A DNA stretch of 64,000 nucleotides from Octopus sinensis (GCF_006345805.1 NC_043009.1:2914001-2978000), one strand, 5' to 3'; shown: positions 12,755-26,572, counted from the first letter of the stretch. Notes: a model not told the origin generated them from the letters alone. A program made the numbers and translations.

Positions 12755-13412
12755 CATATATATATAGATATATATATGCATGTATGTATGTATGTATGTC
12801 TATATGTATGCATACGCAAATATAAATATTATGATATTAAAATGAATATAATGAACATATGAACGCAATGAGTATATAAGCAATCTATTTGATACAACTT
12901 CTCCTCTCATCGGCATTTAATGATAGATTTCATTAGATTCAATGCGCATTGAAAGTGTCTCTCCTACAAAAGTTACATTCTTTCTCATTTCTAATTTATT
13001 AGAGGTCATGGCAGATACTGTAGCTCTGTGTACTGAACGCGATTTTAATTCCCAGCCAAATCAATCTCATTTCTCTGCCACTAAACACCCTAATGACCGT
13101 AGGGAAATTATCAACGTCACACTTTCCCGTTTCCCCTTGTCTGAAATATAAAGGCATTTGCACTTAATCAAATATAAACTAATACAGCTCCTACCGAAAT
13201 TTAACTTTCAGTTTACTGCTACTCGTAATGACTTTGTGAAAATATATGCAAATCGCAATTCCCTATTTACCTCAGTTATAATTAATAGGGCAAATAAAGC
13301 CTTAACGAAAATGAATATCATTTAATTACAAACACCAGATATGAAGAATGGAAGAGAAATATATGTCTACGTTCTGGCAGTAGTTAAAGCAATAAAAAGG
13401 AATGTATATATG

Positions 13413-13454
<42 letters not shown>

Positions 13455-13529
13455 CATATAAACATACATACACTCAGACTTAACGTCTCTCTCTTTTTCT
13501 CTATCTCCACAACACACACATACACACGC

Positions 13530-13594
<65 letters not shown>

Positions 13595-13624
13595 TTTGTA
13601 TATGCAAGTTTGCGTGTGTATGTA

Positions 13625-14248
13625 CGAGGGAAAGTCAAAAAGTATCCGAACTTTTGCCATAATGTATCTTTATTTTCGTCACACTGTCTTATGTGCATGC
13701 CTGTTTATAGCTGGTACAATTGTGGTCACGTGATCGAAGTTGAAGTTCGATCGCGCCAATTTTGTTTCTGGTTTTACAGTGTAAGTTTGGCCTTTCCACT
13801 AGCGACGTACACCAAAGAATAACAAAGAGCAGTGATCCGATTTCTCTGGTCGGAATATGTGTCAGTTCCTGAAATTTATTGGAGTCCTTTAGCACAACAC
13901 CGGGACCCTGAACCACTGCGTCTAGAGGCCGGACAAGCGCAACACGCGATGAGGGTGCAGGACACCCGTCAAGGTCCACCACAGAAAGCTCGAGAGATTG
14001 TAATGGTAAACCGGTTCACCATTGCCATCTTTCAGATCATAGCTCTTTGTTCGTCTTTGTTGCACATTGCTAGTGGAGCCGCCATGCTTACATTGTAAAG
14101 CTAGAAAGAAAACAAAGGCGTTACCGAGTTCAAACTTCGATCACTTGACACCAATAGTACCAATTATAAGCATACATGCACAGAAGTTATTGTGATAATA
14201 ACAAAGATATGTTATGGCGAAAGTTTAGATAATTTTTGACTCCCCTCG
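13625..14248. mobile_element. Non-autonomous mariner derivative made of two inverted 5' ends
   Basis: Runs TA|cgagggaaagtcaaaaagtatcc ... ataatttttgactcccctcg. Arms of about 215 bp each contain a transposase start (+: AFPLATYTKE*QRAVIRFLWSE; -: MAAPLAMCNKDEQRAMI* from 14085). Confidence 0.85.
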
Positions 14249-14260
14249 TGTGTATATTTG

Positions 14261-14297
<37 letters not shown>

Positions 14298-14348
14298 TAT
14301 ATATATATAATAATTATAAATTATCTATATATATATATAATATATATA

Positions 14349-14414
<66 letters not shown>

Positions 14415-15074
14415 ATATATTATGTATTATTTTAAGTACTTGAGATACATCGATACGAATGATGTAAAAATGTGCTACATACGAAAAACTGTCTCATCCT
14501 GTAAATATGCATATTTCAAATGTGATCTCTATGTATGTGGAAAATAGTAGGTCATCAAATCAGCGTTGAATTTTTTAAAGTGGAAAGCAAAATATGTGCA
14601 GAGAATGAAGCAATAACCGTTATAAAATGAAAAGAAAAATAAACAAAGGAGTAGGTTTATAATTCGCATATAATTAATATGCTTAATATCAATAATCATT
14701 ACAAGCTAACTGGACATAATTATCCCCTGGGGGTAAATGATATAGTTTACTAATTGCATTTTAATTATTTCTGCATATATTGGAATCAACGTTGATTTCG
14801 TTTCGATCTTAAGGATGCATCAAAAAAGAAATTTCACAGTTAATGCCGAAGGAGAGGCGGAAATACATATTTCAGAGTAGCTGCGATGTAGGGGCGGGAA
14901 ATCATCACTTACGTGTTTTGAAATAAATTTATTTAAGCAATGTAAAAATAATTATTCAGTCAACAGAGAGAACGATTAACTGAGATTATGGGAATGCAAT
15001 ATCATTATGCAGGAAACAAGTATTCAGGCCTGAGGGACATAAGACATGGCGGTTAAAAATTATATGTCATAAGT

Positions 15075-15237
15075 AGGCGTAGGAGTGGCTGTGTGGTAAG
15101 TAGCTTGCTAACCAACCACATGGTTCCCGGTTCAGTCCCACTGCATGGTACCTTGGGCAAGTGTCTTCTACTATAGCCTCGGGCCGACCAAACCTTGTGA
15201 GTGGATTTGGTAGAGGGTAACTGAAAGATGCCCATCG

Positions 15238-15274
<37 letters not shown>

Positions 15275-15379
15275 ATGTATGTGTGTTTATAAGTTTATGT
15301 GTCTGTATTTGCCCCCAAAAAAACTTGGCTTGGCAACCGATGCTGGTGTGTTTACGTCTCCGTAACTTAGCGGTTCGAC
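15075..15379 (+). mobile_element. tRNA-derived SINE family A (resembles octopus OR-type SINEs; name unverified), 3'-truncated
   Basis: Head ggcgtaggagtggctgtgtggtaagtagc..ggttcagtccc with an internal (TA)/(TG) tract. Homologous to many copies in the window. Confidence 0.9.
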
Positions 15380-16536
15380 ACGCATAGAGGAGCAGGAAGT
15401 GTTGCGAAGTATGGGTAAGATGTCAGAGGGGGAATGGAAAGTATAGACAGAACCTTTGGGGAGGAGATAGTGGTGAGTGTTTATATTCGATTGTCAGCGT
15501 CTGAATAAGTATATGTGTATGTTTGTGTGTTTGTTTGTGATCAAATAGTGTGCATGTGTAAAGATTATATTTGTAGGCGAAAGCCATCGTTGTCTATGCG
15601 TGTCGTGTGTGCTAATGCGTGTTTCGTGTGTGTATATAGTGTTTTTGTACGTATATTGTGTGCTTCTTTCTGTGTAGGAATGTGCATATATAAATAGCTT
15701 GTTTATCATGTAATATATATATATATATATATGTATCTATCTATCTATAAATATATGTATATATATATACATGCGTGCGTGTGAAAGCTGTGTGCATAAC
15801 TTAATACAATATGGCAGAATTTTTTTAGACACTCACTTTCAATACAGAACGTTTAACCTTGTTCGAAATATGATTATCTGGGGAAACTCTGGAGCATTCA
15901 ATCTTCACCATGCTATCTTTCTTCATATTCAGACGCAAATTTAAAATACAAGTATAACACACCTAATATGGTTTCTTTTAAAAAGGCAGTCATAAAAATA
16001 TATTAATAATTCATTCTGTCATTTAAATAATTATTTGCTACTGAAACCAAAATACAACTCCGAATTCCCAATATATTTTTAAGATCCGTCATACTTTTTA
16101 TTTGTTTCAGAGACACCAACAAAATGAAAGTACTTATAGAGAGATTAGCGTTTTATTTGTCACAATGAGATGTAATAAATTTGTTTTTCGATTATTCTAT
16201 TACTTGTAATCAATTATGCATGAATTATGCATGAAATAATAAGAAAAAACCAACAAAGTAACAGCATTCGATGTTCAGCAAAAGCGATTTGTTTTAACAT
16301 TCCCAAGCGTTTTATTTCTTCTAGTTTGTACTTTTTTTTTCATTCCATTTGGAAAACTGTGTTAATATTAATCTTCAGTGCTGCAAACTGATTGGCAAAG
16401 GTATATATCTTTTTGTAGCGCGGAGGTTGTACAATAACAGGATGGACAATCTACAAAAAAGGGCAGCAGAGATAAACTATGCAATACTACCATAGATGAA
16501 CACCGTAAAAGACTATATAAGCTTATATATGTATAT

Positions 16537-16610
16537 GCACCAGAGTGGCTGAGCAGAAAACTGTTTTCCTCCTAACCACATAGTCCCGGGTATTGATGCA
16601 CAACGTGCAT
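16537..16610 (+). mobile_element. SINE family A head fragment
   Basis: gagtggctg...aaccacatagtcccgggt aligns with the family A head. Confidence 0.55.
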
Positions 16611-16615
16611 CTAGA

Positions 16616-16831
16616 TTTATTTCAGTGATTTGACTGCGGCCATGCTGGAGCAGCGCCTTTAGACGAACAAATCGACTCCAGAACTTATTATTTGTAAGCC
16701 TAGTGCTCATCCTATCGGTCTCTTTTGCTGAACCGCTAGGTTGCAGGGACGTAAACACGCTACAGTTAGTTCTCAACAGATGGTGGCGGGACAAACACAG
16801 CTACACAAACTTATGCACACGCATACACACA

Positions 16832-16870
<39 letters not shown>

Positions 16871-17056
16871 CGCACACACATATATATATATGTATGTATG
16901 CATATACAAGACATGATTCTTTCAGTTTCCCTCTACCAAATTCATTCACAAGGCTTTGGTCGGCCCGATGCTATAGTAGAAGATACTTGCCCAAGGTTCC
17001 ACACAGTGGGACTGAACCTGGAACCATGTGATTGGTAAGCAAACTACTTACCACAC
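16616..17056 (-). mobile_element. SINE family A, near full length
   Basis: Reverse complement of head, body and tail (ttcagtgatttgactgcggccatgctggagc...aactacttaccacac). Confidence 0.9.
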
Positions 17057-17296
17057 CAATTTCTAATTAATAATTCAGAAACAATGGAACAAATGCAATT
17101 AGTTTGCAGAATTGTCGAAACTTCAGCTCATTGGGTGTACGAAGAGTTGAACAGGAGATCTAAATGTAGAAATATAATATAGAAATAAATGTAGAAAGAA
17201 AAGTATAAAAAAAGAAGTGGAATGAATGTCTGAAAATGAAGTTTCCAGCGTGGGTAATGAGACACTGACTTGAAGTGGTTTATTTGAATACATGTA

Positions 17297-17656
17297 TACC
17301 GGCACTTATTTTGTAAGTTTTCTACAAATTCTAACGTTCTCTATTGACGAACCGCTACGTTACATGAGGGTAAATATTACAACATTTGTCATGCATTATG
17401 AAGGAAAGAAAAACACAAACATAATCCCAACTATACAAATATATACACATACGTGTATTTATATCCATATATATATATATATAATATATATATATTTATG
17501 ACGGGCTTCCTCTTAGGTTCCGTCTACCAAATTCATTCTACAGGCATTGGTCGAATCGAGGCAATCGTATATGACCCTTGTCCGAGTTTCACACAGTGGC
17601 AATGTGGCCGGAAACACATATACAAAGCGACCTTTTCACACACTGAGCCATACCTG
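17297..17656 (-). mobile_element. SINE family A, older diverged copy
   Basis: gacgggcttc..gttccgtctaccaaattc...gaaccgctacgttac align with the family A body. Confidence 0.7.
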
Positions 17657-18199
17657 TTTCCATACATTTGTGTACGTCTTTGTATGTATTCTCTTTCTCT
17701 TCACGTAATGAATTGCAATGTTGGTGAATATTATTGGCATTGCCGTTCGGTTTAAACCGAATGACAATTTCACATTTCAAAGTAATATTACGTAATAGTG
17801 CCACATCTAATATAGTTCATCATGCTATGATAAATATATGTCACCTTATAGTAATGTAATTAACTCAAATACTATTATATACACGAATTTTGTGTAACTT
17901 GCCATCGAATACGAATAATAATAGCGGCACACTGATCTGTTATTATGGTATATCCAAAATATATACACACTGCCAAATGTATATATAGATGTTTACACTA
18001 GTCTTCCTCATAATTTTTGCTACCATATACATTGTAGAATGAAAAGAAAATGTCATTAGCTCACCAGTCGCTAATAGACGATTAGTCGTCGAATCATTTA
18101 CATATCACTGGAACTAACTTGATTTCATCCTTGCCGTATGCATATTCATAGAAAACACACACAAACAAACACACACACACAGATATTTATACGTGAACA

Positions 18200-18620
18200 T
18201 TGTTCATAAAGCACGAGATGAAGAATTCAACGGAGAGTGTTAGTTGAAATTCAAAGAAAATTTAGAAATATTAGTAAGAATTATGAATAAAGGTAGGAGT
18301 AACAAGAACTGAGCAGAGGGAGTTCTGAAATGAATGAATGAAATAGAGCGAGATGGAACGATACAGAAGAATGCAGAGAAAAAAGAATGAGCGCTGCTGA
18401 AAGAAGGAAAATTCCAACGAAGATGATAAGCAAGGATAATTGTTGAATTTAGAAGGGGTAAAAAATAGGAAAGGAAAACTTCCCCAACAAAATATGACAG
18501 AAAACAATAGAAAACAATTCTAAGAAAATAATCAAAGGAATATGGTGGAAACCCCAGTATATTAACGAGTGGAATGATGCACAACATGTGCCACGTCCAG
18601 TGTTAGTAGGTTTGAAGAAT
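18200..18620 (+). mobile_element. Possible ancient RTE-like LINE 3' end
   Basis: Purine-rich tract with only faint resemblance to W.GH..RM and EG.R.RGRP motifs. Heavily degraded. Confidence 0.25.
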
Positions 18621-18892
18621 CTAAAATAAAATGTTTAAGTCTATGTTAGGAAAGAAAACGTATATGTTTCCGTTAATACCGTTTGATATTTCCACAAAAG
18701 CAAACTTGAAATCCGTTTTCCATATTCGCGGCGGCTTATTTTTTTCAAATATCTTGAGAAAATTATAGCAACCACCAATTTTGATTTGTCAAAATAGATT
18801 GCGTTGCACTAATTCTAGGCAACGTTTATCTTGGGCCACATTATCCGAAATACGCACAGAAATGAATACGTCGCTCTCACCCCCTGCAATCT

Positions 18893-18946
<54 letters not shown>

Positions 18947-20204
18947 ATATATATACAGAGAGAGAGAGAGAGAGAAAAGTAGCAAGATAGATGCATGAAT
19001 ATTTATTGTACGTATATATATTCATATATAAACTTTTGTGTATCACAATATTTCCTATATTTCCTCTGTACATCACAAACGGTATCACTACTAAGTACAG
19101 TAACAACCAAACTACATTACCGGAAGTAGATTTCATAATCATAGTCTACGTCAAGCTCTGGATTATGCAATTAATTGAATGAATCATGCAATTAATTGTA
19201 CAATCGGCAACTTTTATCAGTCTATCTATCTATCTATCTATCAATCAATCTATCTACATGTATATCTATCTGTGAAACTCTCTCTCTCTCACTCTCTCTA
19301 TATAAATATATATACATACATAAACATACATATATATATATATATCTATATATATATATATATATATATATTGTATTATATATTATATATATTATATATA
19401 AAGACATATGGTCAGTATAGCTCATAATACACAAACACAAACCCACACCCATACACAAGGTTCAGCTAAACGTTATTTTCGAATTTTCCCTGGTGATCTT
19501 GGAAGGCTGTGTGTACCCCATTGTTATATATATATATCATTAGACTGAATACATTTAGGCACATGTTTTTTTACCACTCATTCATTTCCGGATTGTTACA
19601 ACACTGATCATTGGCAACAAGTTACACTAACAGTGAGATTAGACATGCTGAAACTCTATGATATATATATATATATATATATATCATAGAGAAATCTGCA
19701 TAATGTCCTCCTTATTCCTTCGGAATTAGGAATATGTAGCCTTCGAAACATATGTCGAAAATAAAGGAAATTTGTTAACAAGTCGTACAACTCCATTCTT
19801 TCATAAACTTATATATATATATATATATATACATATTAGTTCCTGCGTGAATATGTATGTAGGTGAGTCTGTATTCTGAATGTGTGAGGGTCATTTCTGG
19901 ACGGGAATGACGACGAAAGTGAGACAAAGCGCGTAGGAAAATGGCGAGAAGTATACAACTGCTTGCTAGTACGTAGTTTAGAGTGAAAAGTGAGAGATAG
20001 AAACTAAAATTGCGAGTAAATGAGTGAGGGGGAAGCGTATGAGTGACACAAGACATGAGAAAATCATCGCTATAGTAGGTTTCCTCAATAACGAATAGAT
20101 TCCCATTTAATCATACGAGGTTAAATTGATTTCACCTATTTGCACATTTCTAGTTTCACTTTTTATTCGCCATTTGTACCGAAGCCCCCTTCCCCGCATA
20201 ATAT

Positions 20205-20212
20205 ACGTATAT

Positions 20213-20254
<42 letters not shown>

Positions 20255-20424
20255 TATATATTTATATATATATATATATGTGTGTCTGTGTGTATTTATA
20301 CATTATACAAATATGTATCAGTATAGATATATAGTGTGTATATATATATAAATATGTGTGTCGTGTATGTATATTATATATATATTTATGTATATACATT
20401 ATACATATTGTATCTGTATATATA

Positions 20425-20491
<67 letters not shown>

Positions 20492-20512
20492 TATTATATA
20501 TATATATATATA

Positions 20513-20557
<45 letters not shown>

Positions 20558-20934
20558 TATATATATATATTCAAAAGCACATGCGCACACGCACACCACA
20601 CACACATATATTCATAGTTTTGAATTGATAGTAAAATAGTATTGTTACACAAGGGAATGTAAAAGACTATCATTGCAACAGAACGCCCAACGTAGCAATC
20701 TCCTATAATAGATTCAATAGACGACATTGGAAAATACTGTTAATGGCATCCGACCTTTCAATTAATAGAGTGATTCATATGGTTATAAATGGCAATATTT
20801 AGGCTAACGTAATTTGAAAACAACAACAAAATAAAAAAACATGACTAAAAAAATGAGTAAAAATGAAACCTGAACCGAAAACAGTATTATTATGATTGCT
20901 TCATATTAGTTTTTTTCATTTTCGTTTCCGCTTG

Positions 20935-20967
<33 letters not shown>

Positions 20968-21001
20968 ATATATTATATATATATATACATACGTACATAC
21001 A

Positions 21002-21090
<89 letters not shown>

Positions 21091-21450
21091 ATATATATAT
21101 ATCTATATATACACATATAGATACATATATATATACATATAGAACGTGTATATATATATATATAATATATGTACATATACATATGTATATATATATATAT
21201 AATATATACATATATATTATAAACATATATATATATGTGTATGTATTTATACATGCCATTATGTATATATAGATATACATGCATATACATATACCTATAT
21301 ATATATCGATAGAAACACGACTATATATGTATATATATATTCATATATACATATATGTGTATATATATAAATAAATATATATATATATTATATTAATATA
21401 TGTTGATATATATATATATACATATATATATGTGTGTGTGTGTAAGCATT
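20205..21450. repeat. Compound (TA)n/(CATA)n microsatellite region with a short unique spacer
   Basis: Two long TA-rich tracts at about 20205-20570 and 20935-21450. Confidence 0.9.
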
Positions 21451-22030
21451 TATATATACATATATGCATGCATAGGTATCTATACATATACAAACGCTCA
21501 TAAACATATATTATATATACGAATATATACGCATATGTGTTTGTACATATATTTTAATTATAAATGACAATAGAAACATGCTATAGATGTAAATATGTAC
21601 CTATGCATACTTATGTGTGTGTATAGGAGTATTAGTGCGACTATGAGACTATTTCATTACGATTATCTTTACATGCGTGAAATTACTTGTATGTTAATAT
21701 TTGTCCAGAACACTATGAGTTAAGAAATGTTCATGGAACCACACTGGCAATAACAAAACTTGTAGAATACAGGAAAATACTTCAATAACATAGAAACTAC
21801 AGTCGTAGTTCATCGTTGATTCATCTTTGAAATGATTACACACAGTGCACAGTGACATACAAACTTAGGGATCAGGCATGGGCAACCAATAAAATAGCCG
21901 TACATCACGCCTGGGTCGTGAGGTTTTGTTCTTGATGTGCATAATCGTGTATATATATATATATATATATATATGAGTGTAAAGTCAGCATACACGTATA
22001 CATTACATACACATTTATTATGTATATGTA

Positions 22031-22072
<42 letters not shown>

Positions 22073-22272
22073 TGTATATATATATATATATTATATATAT
22101 ATATATATTATATATATCATACATATATTTATATCAGTGTGTATGTATATATATATATATTATATATATATATTATATATATATATATTGCATGTATATA
22201 TCTATGTATGTATACATACCCAGAGACAAACACACCAACACACACAATATGCACACACATCCACACGCATAT

Positions 22273-23506
22273 AAAGTGTACGTAAGATATTTGAGGACAG
22301 ATTTATGTTTATAAAAGAAACATATATATTATATCAGATAACATTATTTATCAATAAATGCTATCAAGATAGAAATAAACCTTCTTTTCTATAATGTTAA
22401 TCAATAAAGCCACCTTCATCTTCAGCAACTACTTCCATATGAAATTTAAATCATCTACATGCTCGAATCAAGTGGTTCTGTTGCATTTTGGATATTGCTT
22501 TCTCTATGACAGCTTTCAAATAATCTTAGATGTTATGGACGTGTTCATCGACCTCTCTCAACAATACCCCACGTTTGATAGTCCAATGGATTGAAATCTG
22601 GGGATTTAGGAGGCCAACTATTAGGGGTAATGTGATCATGAACATTTTCATCCATCCATTCCTGTGTTACTAGAGCTATGTGTAATAGTGCAGAGTCTTA
22701 CTGAAACACATATGGCCTTCCTTTGCATACACACTCTGTTTACCCTGGGCTTGACAATTATTTCCAGGACTTCAGTGTAAGCGGCATAGTTAATTCAAAC
22801 GCCTTGTGGAAAGAAGTAAGAAGGCATTACATGTCCTTCATTGCTGACAAACCCTAAATCCATGAGTTGCAGGAAATTTTATATGCATAACACTTGGAAC
22901 TTCAGAAGGGTCTGTCCTTCACCATCTGTCATTTACTCTTTTACCTTTTTGAAGTTGATCGAAGTTTTTCTCGCTTGAGAAACACCAAATCAAATCTTGA
23001 GAGCTCGTTAGATCTGATGTAGTAATTTTCTTTTGCTTTTTTCTGACAAATTGACCTTTTCTCATTATATAAGTCTTATATCTGATGTCTTCGTAGACAA
23101 CATTTCTGACTGTTCGTTCTGACACGTAGAGTTCATTTACAACTGATCTCACGATCTTTCTGGTATTGTAATCAACGGGCTGTTGAGCTTGCTGGATCAA
23201 TACGGATGTTCTGATTATTTCAGAGCGTTTAGAATGCTTTTTATGCTTAGATACTGGTGATACGTTTCCATTTTCAGGCTCTAGCGGCTTACAAACATCG
23301 TAGATGAAAGAATATGGGAACTTTTAAAAACCGAGATACTTCTACATCGCTTAGTCTTTATAACCACAATAACAGCATGCCTCTTCATTTCTTGTGTAAG
23401 CTGACGGTCTGCCATTATTATTTTCTGAAATAAAGATTATACAGAGTTAGCAAAAATGCAGCAATAACCCGAAAAAGGTATGTCCTCGAATAATTTACGC
23501 ACCCTC
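22273..23506 (-). mobile_element. Full-length degenerate maT (DD37D) Tc1/mariner transposon; transposase pseudogene 23415-22397
   Basis: Imperfect TIRs (aaagtgtacgtaagatatttgaggaca versus reverse complement gagggtgcgtaaattattcgaggaca). Minus strand reads MADRQLTQEMKRHAV... and GRPYVFQ*DSALLHIALVTQEWMDENVHDHITPNSWPPKSPDFNPLDY, giving 37 residues between the last two catalytic D. It ends EGGFID*. Confidence 0.92.
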
Positions 23507-23662
23507 TATATGTCTCTGTGTGTATGTATACGTACATCTTATGTGTTTGTGGGCATTGTTTTTCCGACAAATACAATGTACTTCCATTTAGTTTCAAACA
23601 TTACGCTATCTGCTGCGACTCAAATTTCATCTGGAAAACAAGAGAAATTAAGATACATCTTC

Positions 23663-24170
23663 GCGCAGGAGTGGGTGTGTGGCAAGTAGATTGCTTACCA
23701 ACCACATCGTTCCGGGTTCAGTCGCACTGAGTGGCACCTTGGGCTACTGTCTTCTACTATAATATCGGGCCGACCAAAGCCTTGTGTGTGGATTTGGTAC
23801 ACGGAAATTGAAAGAAGCCCGTCATATATATGTGTGTGTGTGCGTGTGTATGTGTGTGTGTGTGTGTCGTGTGTGTGTATGTGTGCCTGTGTGTGCGTGT
23901 GCGTGCGTGTGTGTGCGTGTGCGTGTGTGTGCGTGCGTGTGTGTGTGTGTGCGTGTGTGTGCGTGTGTGTGTGTTTGCGTATCTGTGTTTGTCCCCCCAC
24001 CTTCGCTTGACAACTGATGTTGGTATTTTTACGTCCCTGTAACTTAGACGTTCGGCAAAATCTACCGATAGAATAAGTACTTGGCTTACCAAGAATAAGT
24101 CCTGGGGTTGATTCGTTAGACTAAAGGCGGTGTTCCAGCATGGCCGCAGTCAAATGACTGAAAGAAATGA
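23663..24170 (+). mobile_element. SINE family A, full length with expanded internal (TG)/(CG) tract
   Basis: Head, body and tail (ggcggtgttccagcatggccgcagtcaaatgactgaaa) are all present. Confidence 0.92.
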
Positions 24171-24761
24171 AACGATTATGAGGTAATTTCAGAGGACGCA
24201 ATATGCATAGATTACTTATAATGTTTACTTATAAGGACAAATATGATTTTATTTAATACTCATACTTATACAATAGTGCCAGCGGTGTTTTGTCAATTAT
24301 CTCCCGAACGATGAATTTCAAACAGATTACTCGTGGACGTAAATGAAAATTTGGCATATCGTAAAGAACTCAAATTTTGGCAAAAAGCCAGTGAGTTCAG
24401 GGAAGTTGGTATGTTGATTACCAGTCACTGATTCCTATTGTAGATTCTATATACACTGACAAGTTAACTTTACGTTCATCACCCGCGGTGGCGTGAGCCA
24501 TACATATGAGCATTAATTACAATTAGAAACCGCCATGCCACTCTGACACCACTCACTTACGGTGAGCAGGTCAAGATGTAGAAAATGAGCTTATGTCGCT
24601 AAAGTATCTTTGATTCTTATTTCTGCCAATGCTTGTGGTCCCTGGAACCTTCGTCATGTTTTAGTTTTGGTGAATTATTTCCTTTTACGTAATATATTGC
24701 GTCTAGCCACTTTCATTATTTTCACATATGTATGTCTGTGTGTGAGTATATATATATATAT

Positions 24762-25104
24762 ACCTTGGGCGAGTGTCTTTTACAAACAAGCCTTGCGAGT
24801 GGATTTGGTAGGCGGAAGGTGTAAGAAACCCGTCGTATATATGTATATATATATGTATACGTATATGTATTTATATATGTTTGTGTTCGTATACGTTTGT
24901 GCGTCAGTGTTTGTCCTCCCAGCATCGCTTGACAACTGATTCCGGTGTTACGTCCCCATAACTTAAGCGCTTCGGCAATAGAACCGATAGAATAAGTACT
25001 AGGCTTCCAAAGAATAAGTCGTGGGGTCGATTTGCTCGACTGAAGGCAGTGCTCCAGCGTGGTCACAGTCAAATGACTGAAATAAGTAAAAGAGTAAAAG
25101 AGTA
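24762..25104 (+). mobile_element. SINE family A, 5'-truncated
   Basis: accttgggcgagtgtc...gtcaaatgactgaaataagtaaaagagtaaaagag tail. Confidence 0.9.
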
Positions 25105-25123
25105 TATATAACACACACACACA

Positions 25124-25174
<51 letters not shown>

Positions 25175-25684
25175 CTTAAAGAAGAGTGTATAATTGTGAA
25201 AAAAATCACAACTATAACGGAGAGGGTTATAAAGTCTCTCACATGTCTAGAAATACCAGTTAAAACGCTAAATAGCTACTATAAACTCTCATATTATTTC
25301 TCCTGAACTATAAAAGATGTCGGCTAGCCACATGATATAAAGAATTCAAAATTTAAATAAAAATAAAAGGTTTAGTTCACTATTGCAATTTCGATGTTTG
25401 GAAACCGAAACAAAACGGATCCATTCTTCTCTTCGGAACATTTAAGCCCATATAAAAAAAAAACATACATTGGAGCTTACCACGCGTCGTGACCGGCAAG
25501 AATAATGTGTCACCGTCTATTTACACAATTCAGATTCTGAATTCAAACGCCATGTACAGTGTTTATAAGACGAGACCAGTTCAACGAGCCACAGAGAAAA
25601 ACTGGATATGAGTGAACAATAAATAATAAAAGAGGAATGAATGTAAAATTTCATTACGCAGGATATAACATAAACAATTCAAAA

Positions 25685-25905
25685 TTATATTTCGATTTTG
25701 GTTTTAGTCTGCAAGATTCTTTATGTGAGTTAGAGTGTTGAGGCATATTCTGTTGTGTCTGGGGAGAGTCATTTTTAAGGTTGCGAGCCGCAACGAAAAT
25801 TTTAGCAAAACGAAGATAATGAATAAGTGGAAATTTTACCGGTGAGTGTGTTCAATTATAAAGCACAAAAATAAAATGACTCTCCCCAGACACAACAGAA
25901 CACAA
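25685..25905. mobile_element. Inverted-repeat element with partial hammerhead-like motif (Penelope pLTR-like)
   Basis: Perfect 28-bp inverted repeat at 25748-25775 / 25873-25900. GTTGCG-AGC-CGCAAC-GAAA-ATTT at about 25780-25802. Confidence 0.6.
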
Positions 25906-25922
25906 AATTATTTACGAATATG

Positions 25923-26183
25923 TCAGGAGTGGCTGTGTGGTAAGTAGCTTGCTTACCAACCACATGGTTCCGGGTTCAGTCCCACTACGTGGCATCTTGG
26001 GCAAGTGTATTCTACTATAGCCTCGGGCCAACCAAAGCCTTGTGAGTGGATTTGGTAGACGGAAACTGAAAGAAGCCCGTCGTATATATGTATGTATATA
26101 TATATGTGCGTGTGTATGTCTGTGTGTCTGTGTTTGTCCCTCTAGCATTGCTTGACAACCGATGCTGGTGTGTTTACGTCCCC
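25923..26183 (+). mobile_element. SINE family A, 3'-truncated, low divergence
   Basis: caggagtggctgtgtggtaagtagcttgcttacc...tgtttacgtcccc. Confidence 0.92.
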
Positions 26184-26249
26184 AGAAAAGCTGTCGGCGA
26201 GCAACCTGATATTAACATTCAAAAGTTAAATAAAAATAAAAGGTGAGTC

Positions 26250-26425
26250 CATTATTTACCCTGTTACATTTGACGGATGTTTGTCCTTATCTTGTTTGTT
26301 GTTAACACAACGTTTCGGTTGATATACCCTCCAGCCCTCATTAGGTGTCTTGGGGAAATTTCGAACCTGGGTTCTCATCCTAAGGTATTTTTAGATGTTG
26401 TTGTGTTGTTGTTGTTGTTGTTCTT

Positions 26426-26510
<85 letters not shown>

Positions 26511-26572
26511 TCACTGGAACTCGTAATCTTGGCGTTAGTAGCCCTCGCCCTTAACCACTACGCCCTATGCCC
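26250..26572 (-). mobile_element. tRNA-headed element: tRNA-like head, (AAT/AAG/AAC)n, then minimal type I hammerhead motif
   Basis: Minus strand: gggcatagggcgtagtggttaagggcg..gagttccag head, a triplet tract at 26398-26505, then GACAC-CTAATGA-GGGCTG..CAACC-GAAAC-GTT-GTGTT (26349-26304). The 3' part matches 4861-4990. Confidence 0.75.

Noticed and set aside
26505-26572. Genuine tRNA gene
   Set aside because: The T-arm is partly deleted and there is no acceptor stem; it is the head of a repeat.
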